64,000 nt of DNA from the human T2T-CHM13v2.0 reference genome, Homo sapiens (GCF_009914755.1 NC_060928.1); one strand, 5' to 3'. Counted from the stretch's first letter, positions 17,119 to 36,269 are shown. The notes: a model not told the origin generated them from the sequence alone. Numbers and translations are program-made.

Positions 17119-17473
17119 TGTCTTATCCATTTTCTGCTGCTATGACAGAATACCTGAGACTGGATAATGTATAAAAAAATGAAAATGTATTCACTTGCGG
17201 TCCTGGAGACTGGGAAATATGATATCAGGGCACCTGCAGCTATGGTAAATCTGATTCCAAGGTGACACCTTGAATATTGTACTCTCTGGAGAGAAGGAAA
17301 GCCATGTCCTCTCATGGCAGAAGGACAAAGAGAAAAAAGGGAGCTAAACTTACTCTCTTGTAACCACATTAATCACTTCTTAAATGTTTCCCTTCTTAAT
17401 ACTGGCACCTCTTAACAATGGCAATTACATTTTAACATGAGTTTTAGAGGGGACAAACATTCAAACCATACCA
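17119..17473 (-). mobile_element. MaLR solo LTR (MST-type)
   Basis: tgtcttatccattttctgctgctat...ggggacaaacattcaaaccatacca; cacagtg present at both boundaries. Confidence 0.85.
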
Positions 17474-17906
17474 CAGTGACTGGCATAGTATTTGTTGAAT
17501 CGACTTAGTTTGGTTTGGGTTAAACAATCAAACAATAATTATTTGAAGTAAGTCATAAAAACTCATGTTTTGATATTGGAACCTGCAGGACAGTTAAAAT
17601 ATTTAGAAATTTATAAAGCTTTTTTTATGATCATGAAAAATAACCTGATACCTTGTAAAAAGAATTAAGAAATAAAAAAAATTTGCAAAAATTATTGCAT
17701 GTTAAATAAAACTTGAAAGGATTAACAAATCAAAATTCTATTTGGAAACTATGAGCTTCCATGTTTCCAACTAAAACTATAGCAATACAATTTACCTAAT
17801 TATATTACATTCATGTAGGCCTCTATTTATACCTGGAATAGATAAACCAAATCTACAGACAATCTGAAAAAGCAAAGAAGCACCACAGGGCTTGTCTGTT
17901 TGGGGC

Positions 17907-17937
17907 GTGTGTGTGTGTAAGTGTGTGTGTGTGTGTA
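17907..17937 (+). repeat. Interrupted (GT)n microsatellite
   Basis: gtgtgtgtgtgtaagtgtgtgtgtgtgtgt. Confidence 0.9.
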
Positions 17938-18067
17938 TCCAGACAGGGGAACTTGCTCCACTGGAGCAAAATATGAAAGAATCTTGAAAATAAATCTAGG
18001 AGTTAAAAGCAATTTTACACCAAACAAAATAAAAACAAAACAACAAATCCAGTAATTCTTCTACAAC

Positions 18068-18212
18068 ATAGGTTTTCAAAGAATGGTCACAGATTTCTGA
18101 ATTGAAATCACCTAGAGTAGTCATTTAAAAGAAGCATTTCTAAATTCAATGCTTATCAGCTGATTCAGAATAACTGAGGGCAAATTTTTGTACCTAGGAT
18201 GAGAACCACTTT
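18068..18212. mobile_element. Probable MER5-type hAT-Charlie fossil
   Basis: ggttttcaaa...aatcacctag...gattcagaat...tgagaaccact pattern. Confidence 0.4.
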
Positions 18213-19639
18213 TCTAGAGTTGCCAAATTATTAACCTAAATACTCCACTAATTCTGCAGCTACTATCATAGCACAGAAGTGTCTTTGAAATAGAGATTTT
18301 GTAAAGAATAGCATGTTTTATTGACTATGTAATGATTACTTTCATACATCAATTGTTAAGCTTCTCATTTAAAAATTTGTGCAGCAGTACACAATTTAAG
18401 TGGAAATTTCCTATGAACCTGATAAAATGATCTATACTTCATTTTTATATTTACTTGTTCTCTTTGTATCTTCTTTCTATGTTAACTATCTAGTCATACG
18501 TTTATGCACTAATAACAGCAATTGAAGGCATTTATGTTTTAAAGCAGTAGCTGTAATTATATTACTTTTCCTATAAATAACATTGGCATTGATGCTTTTA
18601 TAATGAAAATGAACCCAAGCGATTGAATATTTATGAATCAGAATCTTTTTGGAAGTGAATATGACAGCATTGAAACATGCAATTACCAGAAATACCTACA
18701 GTGATTAAAATGTTAATTAATGACAGTTTCTTTTATTAGCTTAAACAAAATCATACTACACATAGAAAAAAATAAAATTCTCTGATAATTTTAAATGCAA
18801 ATTTATTCAATCATTAAAGAATATTTATTTTCAAATAAAATATGCCAAAGGAAGTGAAATAATCTGTTTTAATTTCCTCCCAGGCATCCAGTAATATAAA
18901 ACTAATCATCAAATGCTCACATATTAAACCTAGCTAAACAGATGGGACTTAACACAAAACATTTTAAAGCTCCTGAAAAGATGACTTTTGCTATTCCTTA
19001 ACATTAAAATAAAAACATATTGGAATAATTCAACAGCAACATTCAATACTAATACTTGAAAATCAATCCACTAGGCTAGAAAATATTTTTGTTCTAATTA
19101 ATTCAATATATTAACTCAGTATAATTCCCTATTTATTTAATGGGTAATGTTTTCCTATCTCTGTTCAATCACGATTGAAGGTTTTAATTTCAAACTTTCA
19201 ATAACTCAATTTTTTTTAATTTGCCTAAATTATTTGAGGTTTTAATAGTTGAAAAACCAAGTTTCATTATTCTAATATTCTATTATATGGGAATTTATCT
19301 GTAGAACATAATAATTTTGACATAATGGGGCTTTAACCTTATAAATGCAAACTCTAGTGGGAACATCTGGTTTAAAATATTATTAGTTCAGAAATGATCA
19401 TCCCTTTAACTAGATATTATTTATTTAGTAGAAGAGTTTTTTGATACTTTTCTTCTAGAATCTCTACTTATTACAATATATAATAGTTAATTTATGAACT
19501 GAGAGTCATCATGTGTATGTCTATATTGTCACTGTACTTCATATTTAAATGTCTTGCTCTGATAAATTTAGTGTATTTCAAAATCTAATAATCTAAAATA
19601 ATCTCTCAGATACTCACTTCTCTCACTTCTCTCTCTCTC

Positions 19640-19762
19640 TTTTTAATTAGAGACAGAGTCTCCCTATGTTGTTCAGGCTGGTCTCCAACTCCTGATCTCA
19701 AGGGATCCTCCTGCCTCAACCTCCCAAAGTTAAGATTACAGGCATGAGCCACCATGCCTGGC
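19640..19762 (-). mobile_element. FLAM / Alu left monomer
   Basis: agagacagagtctccctatgttgttcaggctggtctc...gagccaccatgcctggc; single monomer only. Confidence 0.9.
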
Positions 19763-19799
19763 TCTCTTGCTTCTCTTCTTTTCCAGTTCATATTCCAGG

Positions 19800-22330
19800 G
19801 TCCATCAAATATCATTTCCTTGTACTTATTCTGAAACTCTTCTTCAGCTCTTTATTAATGATAATAACCTCGCCAGATCCCAACCCAAGGACAACCAGGA
19901 AGATATTTCTCAAACAGCTTTCCTCATCACTCTATTGCATTAGGATTATCAATTTATGCTTTGTCCCAGTTCTTTCCCAGCAATTTCTGTTAATTATGTG
20001 TATTACTCATGTCTTGAACCCCCAAAATCCCTTTTTATATATATATATTTCCCCTTAGCATATACTTCATTTTTTATCTTTCATATAACTCATCAGAAAG
20101 AATTATATATAGTCAATGTCTAAAATTTGTCTGCTCTTATACTGTCTCGTACTCACTCCAGTCAGATATTGATGCCATTTTCACATTTGCTAAATCCCAT
20201 GATTAATATAATATTTATCAGTTATTGTTTTATTTGACCTAGAAACATCTTAGTTGATCACTCTCTCTTTAAAATATTTTCTCTGTATTCTTCTTCTATG
20301 TCTATTATTCCTCTAGTTTCTACTACTCAGTTTTTAAAGCTGCTTCTTACCTCCCTAACTTATGAAAATAGGAGAGCCGTATTAGTCAGTGTTCTTCAGA
20401 GAAACAGAACTAAGATGTATATGGACATATAAGAAGGGATTTATTATGAGAATTGGCTCATGATGATATGGAGGGGGAAAAGTCCTATGACATGCCATCT
20501 CCAGTCTGAAGAGCCAAGAAAGCCAGTGGTGTAATTCAGTCTGAGTCTGAAGAATTGAGAACCAGAATAGCCACTGGTATAAGTCCCAGAGTCTGAAGGC
20601 TCAACAACTAGGATCTAAAATATCTGAGGGCAGGAAAAGATGAATGACCTGACTCAAGAAGAGATAGTAAACTCACCCTTCCTCTACTTTTTGGTTGTGT
20701 CAAGCCCTCAGCAGATGATGACGTCTGCCCACATTTGTGAGTGTGGATCTTCTTTAATCAGTCTACCTGAAATCAAATGCTAATATTTTTATATATAATT
20801 ATATATAGTCAATGTCTAAAATTTGTCTTCTCTTATACTGTCTTGTACTCTCATGGATACTCTCATGGATATACCCAGAAAAAAATGTCTTAGCATCTAT
20901 CTGGGCATCCTTAACCCAGTCAAATGGACACATCACAGAAACCCAAGGCTCCATCATCACCTCTCTTTTCTATCTTCCTCATTCTTTAGGTGATCTCATC
21001 TAGTCTTATGCTTTAAATTTCTTTTTATGGTGAAAACTCCAAAATATATCTCAACTTTTTTTCTAACTTCAACATTAATTTTCTCTTAAAAATACAATTG
21101 GTATACCAATCATAATACGTTCAAGGTGAAACCTCTAATTACTTTTTCAAAACCTTTATCACTATCAGTGTTCCAAATCTCAGTAAATTATGATTCCATT
21201 ATTCATTCTTTCAAGCTAACTTCTATTTAGTCATATTTGACTACATTATCTTATATGGAATCTAGGAGCAAATTATATCCAGATTCTATTCACTTCTTGT
21301 CATCTCCATTGCTACAACCTTTAATTTTTACTTTGATTATTGGCATAGCCTCTACCCCCCACTTTTTTTTCATCATGGGCTTTTATAGACTATTCACCCC
21401 CAAGCAGCCACAATTACTGTTTGTCAAGGTAAGTTAAATGGTGTTGAAATTTTGGTCATAACCTGACAATGACATTCAGTTTTACTGAGAGCTCATTTCA
21501 ATATTTACACATTCACCATATTTTGGGAGTAATATGACTTGATGAAAATCTTGATATTCATCAATTGTACTAGTTTAGATTCCCCTTCTTCCAAGAAATC
21601 TTTCCTTTATCTTCAAAGCCTTTTTTTCTTTGCCATTATCATGTATCCTCCAAACATTTTCTATTAACTTCTCTTTATCTCAGTTTAAAATATCAGCATT
21701 TTTGGGAGCAACAGACATCTATCCTGTTAACTTTTATCATCAGAACCTTTCCCAGAGCATAGGATATAGTAGAAAATTAATAAGTCTATATTGGCAGTAA
21801 TTAGCATTTATTACTAAATCCTCTACCAGTTGCCATAATCTCCTCTAGTTACCTCTTTTTTCCCTTTATTACAGCAATCATGGGACAATCGCAGTTATTC
21901 AAATAAACCAAAGACTCTTACAAACAATCTTGATCTTGATCTTCATTCTACCCGGAAACCTCTTTCCCCAGTTATACAAGTAGTTTGTTCACCCATCCAC
22001 TGCAGATATCTGATCATATGTCACCTGTAAAAGTGAGGCCTTCTGTGATCACATTATTAAAAATATATTGTCAAAATATTATTATTAAAATAAATTATTA
22101 AAAATAAATAACCCCACTCAAGCATTCTCTGACTCCCCTATCTACCTTACTTTTCTCCAGAGCACTTCTCACTCTCTGGCTTACTATTTATTCTCAATGT
22201 TATATGCTTATTTTTCTCTTCTATATGAATGGAAGCAGCCAGAAACAAAGTACATTGTATTTTCTTTTTACTACCTGAACTACTACACATATTTTTTGCA
22301 CTCAAAAAATATTTGTTGCATGAATGGACC
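19800..22330 (-). mobile_element. Fragmented L2 LINE, interrupted by an MLT2 LTR and a duplicated block
   Basis: L2 motifs taggtgatctcatctagtc, gtcacctg...gtgaggccttct and terminal cactcaaaaaatatttgttgcatgaatg. Confidence 0.6.
20378..20937 (-). mobile_element. MLT2 (ERVL) solo LTR
   Basis: gtattagtcagtgttcttcagagaaacagaac...gatttattatgagaattggctca...ccagtcaaatggacacatcaca. Confidence 0.85.
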
Positions 22331-22944
22331 AAGATTTTCATTTTATTCATTGGCTATTTTCTTTCATAGGATAGCCGTACCATAAGAATATTGGGGGTTT
22401 TTTTGGCCAAAAAATTCTTTTGTTGATTTACTCTCTTTTTCAATGGTTGAAGTACAGTTGTGTTTCAAAAATAAAGTATTTCAAATTTTAGCTGAAACCA
22501 TGGACACACTATTTAGTCTCTTTGAGTCTAATTCTTCTTATCAGTACAACAAAATGTTGAACTGGGTGTTACTTTAGTTTGCATCCATCTTAAACAAAAC
22601 TAAGTAATATTATATTTTTAAATCTGTAAATGTCTTCATAGGACATATTTTAGGAGTAATGTGACTTGATGAAAATCTTGATTTTTTACTAATAATACCA
22701 GCTTAGATTCCCCTTTTTCCAAGAAATCTTACCTTTATCTTCAAAGCCCTTTTTTCTGTGCCATTATCATGTATCTTTTAAGCAACTTTCTGTATACTTC
22801 TCTGTATTTCAGTTTAGAATACCAGCATTTATAAGAGCAATAGACAACTATCTTCTTAACTGTTTTATCACCAGCACGTTTCACAGAGCACAGAATATAG
22901 TAGAAACTCAGTAAGTATGTATTGGTAGTAACTAAAATTTATTA
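21517..22944 (+). repeat. Diverged ~300-bp direct repeat (21517-21813 and 22644-22944)
   Basis: Both copies read catatttt.ggagtaat.tgacttgatgaaaatcttgat...ttagattcccctt.ttccaagaaatctt.cctttatcttcaaagcc...tattgg.agtaa. Confidence 0.9.
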
Positions 22945-24072
22945 AGCCTTTTCTAGGTCAGGCAATATTCTGTTTCACATATTTGAACTCGTGTAACACT
23001 CATAAAAACCTACAATTTTGTTGTTGAGTTAATGAAATAAAAAAAAACAAGTATTGACATGGAGTTTGAGTTTGGCAAAGTAAGCCAATTGTCAGCTTAT
23101 GAAATAGATGGAGAGCAAAATTATTTGGCAAGAGAAAATGGAAATTTTAAGGTCAAAGAAGATGAACAGAATAGATCAGAAAGCAAGAAAGTTCTTGAAA
23201 CTCAGTGATAAGAAAGGACATCTAATTTAAAGAAATAATAGGATAAGAAGACTTTTGTTTCAGCTTGTATAAGGATGTAAAATTTAGCTTGTATTTAAGA
23301 ATGTAAAAGATAAAGCAGTTTCCTCGTAGAGGAGGACTAGGAGAAATTCGGTACTATTATAATAGTTCCAGACAATTAAATACACATATAGGAAGTCTTA
23401 ACTATTGCTCTGGAGTTAAGGAAATCAAATTTGAATCATTTAGCAACTGTTATACATTAACATGATAGTGAAACTCCTGATACTTCAGTAATCACTTGAA
23501 AGTCATAGCATCTAGCAAAAATGTATAACTAAAACCTGTTACACTGTGGTGGGTACTTTCCCAACAATTTCTGTAGTCTTCATATCTATCATCCAGAAAG
23601 GTCAGATTTACCAGTTGAGGTCACAATATTTTATACAGCAGGAATTTAAAATATTATTCATCTGATTTCAAATTCTGTGCTCTATTAATTGTGCTAGTCT
23701 TTTATTTTAGCCCAAAAAAATCTTGAAAGGAAACCAAAACATAAAACAGGTAGGAGTTATTTGCTACTTGGAAGTACCTCAATAGAACCCCGGTACATGG
23801 AGGCTAGCGCAATAACCACTGTATTAGCTATACTTCCTTTCTTAGAATAGGTCATCTTTCTAAAAGAGTCAAAAATGTTCTCTTAAAAATGTGAAGTGTC
23901 ATATGAACATGTAATAAAATGCTGTGATTACAATAAAAGCAGAGACGATTAAAGATGACATACAATAAGCCACATATATCTTATGTGCAGCACAGACAGA
24001 ATCAGTAAAATAATCACCTTGCTACTTCCTTCCCTGCATTTTGCTACTTCCAGAAAGGCATTCTCTGAAAAC

Positions 24073-24261
24073 CAGTGATATGCTGGAGCTGGCTCCAGTC
24101 CCCTGCTTACCAGAGGTGTTTGGCATATCTCTGCTGTGTATTTAGTGGCATCACCTTGATAGGGAGCCACCATGGGAGAAATTACATCATGAAAATGGCA
24201 AATTTTATAAACTGAGTATATTTTTCACAGAGAGCTATTAACATTTGCCAGCACATCACTG
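24073..24261. mobile_element. hAT DNA-transposon MITE (MER63-like)
   Basis: Terminal inverted repeats cagtgatatgctgg (24073-24086) and ccagcacatcactg (24248-24261). Confidence 0.75.
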
Positions 24262-25119
24262 CATTCTGATATGCTCAAAAAAAGAAGAAGAAAAAAAAGG
24301 TGGGGGAATAAAAAGCAAAGGCATGAAGTAAATGAAAGAATTATGTTATTTATCTTACTTAGACTATATAACTTAAGACACACTTCCTTGACATGTGGAA
24401 ATGCTCTGATGTTGAAAATTGCAGTTGCATACAGGTTTGTTCCAATGGACTAACTGGATTCAGGGTTTATATCAATCTAAGAGTATTGTTTTTGTTTTGT
24501 TTTGTTTTAAGAGTATACTTCATCAGCTGCTGTGAAATAGGCATTATATTTCATTCTCCCTAACTTTACATTTTCCTTAACTTTTCAATGTGATTAATAG
24601 AGACTTTTTATGTGTTAATTTTACAGAATGAATTTATATTCATTTGTTAAGAAAGTGAAATCGTATCAAGGGAACTGAAATGAATATTGAAATAACACTA
24701 GACAATCTGAATTGTTGGTCTACATAATGGTTGATTCTTTTATAGATCCTTGCATTTGTTTTGAAGTGCAGATATTCATGATAAAAAATAATCAAACACA
24801 ACTTAAAGAGCATTTGAGAAAAATAGGTATATGCTTGTGACTGTGAGTCATGGAATATGAACGTGTATATTAACCTTTATTTCCTTTTATTTCAGTAAGC
24901 ACCTTTCAAATATTAAGCTATCAAACTTTCAGCACTACAATAAATAAAACCTTATATTGAAACCTTGAATTCAGTAAATCTTATAGAAATATGTCAGACT
25001 TCTCCTGGTAATTCTAAGCCCAGATTTAGGTGACAGGTTATATACAGTATAATATAACTATTATTTCATTGTCATCACTCAACTTAGTGAAGTATCAATA
25101 CATTTTTACTTTTAACAAA

Positions 25120-25360
25120 AGCTAATAAATATTGAGATTTTAGTATATGCCAAGTAGTATTTTAAGTGTTTTTTTTTAATATATGTCATGTCATTTCGTA
25201 CAAAAGCCAAATATGGCAGAATAATTTGAGTTTTACTGGTGAAGAGGGCATGACAGAATTTACATAGCCTGCTCATGTATACATTGATAGAGCTGAAAGA
25301 GCTAAGGTATGAACTGAAGTAATAGAATTACAACGCACTCCATTTTAACTACTACACTAT
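25120..25360 (-). mobile_element. MIR fragment
   Basis: aatattgag...tatatgccaag...gagctaaggtatgaactgaag...cattttaactactacactatactg. Confidence 0.55.
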
Positions 25361-27716
25361 ACTGCTCATCAAATCATGGAGGAATTTAATTATTTGAAAT
25401 AAAATTTGACAAGTTAATCACATGTAAGTTATGTAAATCTCATTTATTACAAGATTAATTAGAAATAAAAGAATCTGGTAACTATCAAATAATTTTAACG
25501 TGATTTTTAAATTTCTCTTTTTATTTGAAATATTTGCTTTTCAGAGCAGGTATTACATTTAATAGTATCAAATTGCATGAATAATTCCTTGCTGTAAATA
25601 ACATTATTCTGCCATGTTGAAAAGGATGGCATGCTACCCAGGGGTGTTGCACCTGGAGTTGCCTATACCAACTAGACAGACTTTGAATTTTCAAGTTAGG
25701 AAGCATATAGGTGAGCTTCACATCATTATAGGTATTTTGAAAGTTTTTATAGAAAGAGAAGAGAATGTAATCAATGGCTTATTGGAAAAAGGGTCTGAAG
25801 TAGAATCATTGTCTTCACAGAATCCATTGCATGCTTCTTTCCTTATTTGGATGTATGTTTGTGACTCTGGGATTGTTATCATAATTCCAAACATTTATGT
25901 TTTTGATCACATTCAGCCAGGATTTGTAGCTTAGAATTTCTCTGCTTCTGACAGAATACAGCCTTGGGCATGCATAGAGCTAGGGACACATGTCAGGAAA
26001 GCATTTAATTTTATTTTTAAATGTTTGCCTAGGAGTTGCCCCTGGATCAATCTGGCTTACTTCTAGCCAGTATTTGGTCAGAAGTGTTGTTTAAGTCCGT
26101 CATGCTAATGAAGTGTCTGCCCTTTCTTGATGGATATGTGAGCTGGTTGGGAAATGTTTTCAAGTCTTTCCCATGTCCTGCTCTAATTGCTTCTGAGGGA
26201 ACACAGCTTAGTGCATACACAGCATTCCAAAGCCAAGATTGACCATAATCCAGGAGAGTTCTCCTTAATAGTCACTTTTTTTAGGTTGTCTCTATTAAAC
26301 TTCTAGATTATCCATTGTTTTTCTTGTTGCTATAAATATCTTGAAAACACTAGAACCTTCTTAATTGCTATCCACCAACACCTTTGTTTGTTTCAACAAT
26401 GTTCTCAGGCATGCAATTTTTCAAACTGTGCTCCAAATAAAGTCAATCTCCTCAGGTAGAGCTAAGGAGCTCCTTTTCCTTATGACCTGCCTCTCTTATT
26501 TGGTAGAATATCTAGGCCACTTCCCAGCAACTGTGGTTGGAGAGAGCAGATGGCTTCTCAAAGAGTGACATCCAGGGTCTTCCACCAAGCTTCAGGATAG
26601 GTGGTAGCTTCTACGTTTGGCCCTTTCAGTGTGGAACCTCTGCTACATGAGTGGACTGGGACAATCATTTCCCAGTATGTTTACCTGCTGCACCTGGGGC
26701 AGAACTTCTACTATAGGTGTAATTTGGGGTTAGGAATGGGAGCCTGTGTCATTTTAGCTGCACCTGAATGAAACAGAGCTTCTCAAGCACAGGCCTTGTG
26801 GGGGATGAGAAAATTGTAATGTGCCCCTATTGGGATGCAACTGAAGTTTTAGACTGGAAGCGGAGGGGAGAAGAAACCCTGGTTTTCTTGATAACTCTAA
26901 CCTAGAGTACTTAACAGGAATAGAGTTTCCCTAACATGGAGCTGCAGGTGGACAGAAAAGAGCATTTAATCCTTGGATTCACATTCAATAAACCCTGGCT
27001 TTAATATCTGATTTCATGGCCTCACTATGATCAGGGCACATCACTTCATGTCTCCAGGCGTCAATTCCTGATATGAAAAAAAGGGAAAATTAGATGTGAC
27101 TTGTTTAAATATCACAGATCTAACTACGGATTCTATTGTTTTTGTTTACCAAGTAAGTATAATGAATACTCCTAAAATGTAGCCATGTTCCTGTTTTAGT
27201 CCATTTTATGCTGCTATAAAAAAATACTACAAACTGGGTAATTAATAAAGAACAGAAATGTATTTATTCCAAACTGAGGGGCTGGGAAATTCAAGATCAA
27301 TTTGAGGCAGAAAAGTAGGGTCTGCAGGCAGGGAACATAAGGCCCATTTGTTCTGAATCAAGGGAAAACACGAAGTTCTGGGGGCAGGGAATCTGGGGGC
27401 AGGCCAATTCATGCTGACTTCCCAAAGCTGGTTCAAAAGGAAAACACATGGGGCTGAGGGCAGAGAACCTAAGGCCAATTAAAGCAAACTTCCTAAAGCT
27501 AAAACAAAAGGAAAAACCCCATCTCCCCATGCCAAGTAACAATGGATCAAAGGCCACTTTCCCTATAACCCTCTCGTGTCTACCGTGTCTCAGATGGAAA
27601 GGGAGAGTGCCTTGGATTTGCCAGGGGCCAAGCAGGGACCGTCCGTTTAGAGAGCCAAACCCAGCCTTTAATTAGCCACAGACCAAATCCTTTATCCAGA
27701 TAAGAACCTCAAACAG

Positions 27717-29891
<2,175 letters not shown>

Positions 29892-31025
29892 AAGAACCTC
29901 AAACAGAGTTCTTAAAACCCAGAAAACTTTGTAACCAGGCCCTTGAGCTGCTTTCTCAGCCCACTCCCACTCTGCTGAGTGCTTTCTCACTTTAATAAAT
30001 TTCTACTTTCGCTGCTTCATCTCTGCATTTTATTCCTCTGCTACTTTATACATTTTGTTTAATTATTTGTTCAAAACGCCAGGGACCAGGACAACTCATA
30101 GTCAAGACCTTCCACTGGTAACAAATTCACCAGCATTGAGTACCTGAGGAGGAGCTTCTTGCTTCATTCTCACGTGATAGAAAGTGGAAGGGCAAGCCAG
30201 CCTAAGACCCTCTTTATGCACGGTCTTAATCCCACTCACAACGCAGGGGCCCTGGTGGACTAATTATCTCTTAAAGGTCCTACCTCTTAATACTGTCACA
30301 TTGGCAATGCCAGAATTCTGGAAAGGGCATATTCAAATCATTGCAGTTTCATTTCAGGTTCATTCATTTAGTCCATCATTCATTTAATAGATTTTGATTG
30401 AGTTTCTGCTATGGTCATAGCACAGGCTACAAATACATTTTAACAATATTATAAGAAATTACATTTGGTTTCTGAATTGTAATTTCAGATGGATACACTT
30501 AAATTGAAGTGATACTATTTAGGTTAATCAAGTAACTCTTCAAAGTAAAGAATACTAGCAGAATTTATGGAATTATGAAGAGAAATCAACAGAAAATTTA
30601 AATATTAAAACTTGCAGATAATTCACTGTTGCCCTAAAAACTAACATGTCAATTATAAATTATTTATTGATTTGAACTATTGAATTAGATTAGATTATAA
30701 TATACATATTTAAAGTCCTTTCACAGTAAAACATACATGAGGATAAATAAATCTATTATTATGTATAAATGCATATTGAGAAGACTTCAGTTACACTGCA
30801 AATGAAACTGTTTGAACCTAAATTCAAAGTGTTCCAATAATATTATCAAATTGAATCTTCACACAAAACTCAGTAGTAAGTTATCTGAGTTTCAATATAC
30901 AGCTTCAGATACATTGTGTTCTTTCTAGTAATCTCCATTGTATTCTATTGCTGAATACTAAAGCCACTTTTGACTAAAAAGCCAGGTCTTTTATACCTGC
31001 TATTGTTTCAAAAAGTTTAAATAAT

Positions 31026-31330
31026 GGCTGGGCAGGGTGGCTCATGTCTGTAAATCTCAACACTTTGGGAAACTGAGGCAGGAGGATTGCTTGAGTCCAG
31101 GAGTTTAAGACCAGCCTGGGAAGCATAGTGAGATCCCCATCTCTATGAAAAATCGAAATTAGTTGGGCATAATGGCATGTGCCTATAGTCACAGCTATTC
31201 AGGAGGCTGAAGAGGGAGAATCCTTTTAACACAGGAGAGAGAGGTTTCAGTGAGCTGCAATTGCACCACTGTGCTCAGCCTGAGTGACAGAGTGAGACTG
31301 TGTCGCAATAAATAAATAAATAAATAAATA
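31026..31330 (+). mobile_element. Alu (AluJ-like) with (AAAT)n tail
   Basis: ggctgggcagggtggctcatg...ggaggattgcttgagtccaggag; dimer structure. Confidence 0.93.
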
Positions 31331-32224
31331 ATGCTTATTAAATTAATTTATATTCAAAATGTATTTTAAAACATCTTATGCTTTAATTGTCTTAATTAAC
31401 TATGGTTAGACGAATAAACGGTTTATAACTAAAGAATAAACTGAAAATTATAAATATCTATAATTCAGTAAATGTGGGTGTTAGATGATGTAGATATAAA
31501 GTTAAGACCCTACTTTCATACATAGGATGCTTTCAATATAGAGGACAATAATAGGAACATGATATATAAGATAAAAGAAAGAGCCCAAATGGAAATTTAA
31601 ATTTAATAAAATGGGAATATTAAGGTTTAGAAATAATAATTCATTAGTTATTACTCACTTACATCAGCAAACAGATATTGAGAACTCATTTATTCCAGTT
31701 TTCTCAGATGCAAAAATGCTCTTAAAATTGTCAGTTTGTTATGAAAGAGAAAAAAGTTATATTAAAGAGCAATATTTAATGATACAGTGATGTAAAATAT
31801 ATTGATGCAACTTAGAAGATGTAATATTGAAACGATATTTTGAAGGATAAATTGGAAGACTTTGACAAGTGGGAAGATTGGAATGTGTATTCAAATAAAA
31901 AAGATGTTAACATTGATAAAGGTTTCGATAAGCTATTTGAGTTCTATTCAAAGAAAACTTGGCTTTATTTTGTAGCTAATTGTGGATTATTGTCAATAAT
32001 TATCAGTCAAATTACTTAAACTGGATAGTAATAATCTCAGAAAGTCAGAAAGGGTATTTCTTTCTTTTTAAAAAAAAAAAGAACAGGCAAATGAGGATTT
32101 TAGATTTACTTTAGTCATTAACATATTATTCAGTTAAATGCAACTTATCTTATTTTTTTAATTTGGCAAAATCAAATAAAATGCCCCTTTAATAATACTT
32201 TCAATATATAAAACTTGCCTGTTT

Positions 32225-34920
<2,696 letters not shown>

Positions 34921-35805
34921 TTAATTTAGCTCTGTATATGTTCCAACAGATATATACCCCTAGTATACCACCCAATCTCTAATTAAAGCAGGTCAGGTAT
35001 TATGGCATCCATTGTCCAAGTAATACCTTATTTAGTTGGATTTGTAGCAACTTTACAGAAATGAAACCTCAGTATTTTGTTCCAGACCCTAATATCCATT
35101 CCAGGTAATATTAACTTCAAGCTGGAACTTGAGTAGTTATAAGATGCATATTCAACCTTATACAAATGTTTCCTGGAAGCAAATCACCAGGACAGAAAAT
35201 AAACCGTATTTATCATGAATCCTTACTTACAAATACAAAAATAATTAAAACTTAGAGGTTTTTTTAGGTCTATAAAAATTTATTTGATTCTAAGTGCAAA
35301 TACATTATCTCATGCTTTGTGTTTAGGATTTGATCTAGGTGCATCTTAATAAAGCTAATAAAAAGTGGCTATTTTTTACCACTCAAATATGGAAAACTTT
35401 GTGCCAGAGAGATATCCCAAAGGAGTGATTATCATATGATAACCATATGTTCTCCTCTGTCTTACTGTTAATTAAATTAATTTATTATGTAGTCTTTCCC
35501 TAAGTAGACTTGATTTAATGTGCTGCATGTAATTAGTAGCTCAAGAAATGGAGATGAGATTATTTTACTCATGGTTACAAGAAACCATGATCCAAAGAAC
35601 TTTGTAATAATTTAAGTGAAAAGATATTTTTATTCTTTTTATTTTTAAATCAAACTGATTTTTCTTGAAAACTATAGCACTGGAAGAAAATATTTGGGTC
35701 TAGATTCTACTAAACAGATATAATTCATACTTGTCTTAAAGCTGCTTGAAGCAACAGAAGCTGTTTGGGAATTTACAATGTAATTTATTATATTAATATA
35801 AATGG

Positions 35806-36238
35806 TGTCAGGCCTCTGAGCCCAAGCCAAGCCATCGCATCCCCTGTGACTTGCATGTATACGACCAGATGGCCTGAAGTAACTGAAGAATCACAAAAGA
35901 AGTGAAAAGGCCCTGCCCGGCCTTAACTGATGACATTCCACCATTGTGATTTGTTCCTGCCCCACCTTAACTGAGGGATTAACCCTGTGAATTTCCTTCT
36001 CCTGGCTCAGAAGCTCCCCCACTGAGCACCTTGTGACCCCCGCCCCTGCCCACCAGAGAACAACCCCCTTTGACTGTAATTTTCCATTACCTTCCCAAAT
36101 CCTATAAAACGGCCCCACCCCTGTCTCCCTTCCCTTGACTCTCTTTTCGGACTCAGCCCACCTGCACCTAGGTGATTAAAAGCTTTATTGCTCACACAAA
36201 GCCTGTTTGGTGGTTTCTTCACACGGACGCGAATGAAA
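35806..36238 (+). mobile_element. HERV-H solo LTR (LTR7 family)
   Basis: tgtcaggcctctgagcccaagccaagccatcgcatcccctgtgac...gcgaatgaaa; TSD aatgg at 35801-35805 and 36239-36243; TATAAAA 36103, ATTAAA 36175. Confidence 0.96.
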
Positions 36239-36269
36239 AATGGCATATATATTTTACTTATTGATTGAC

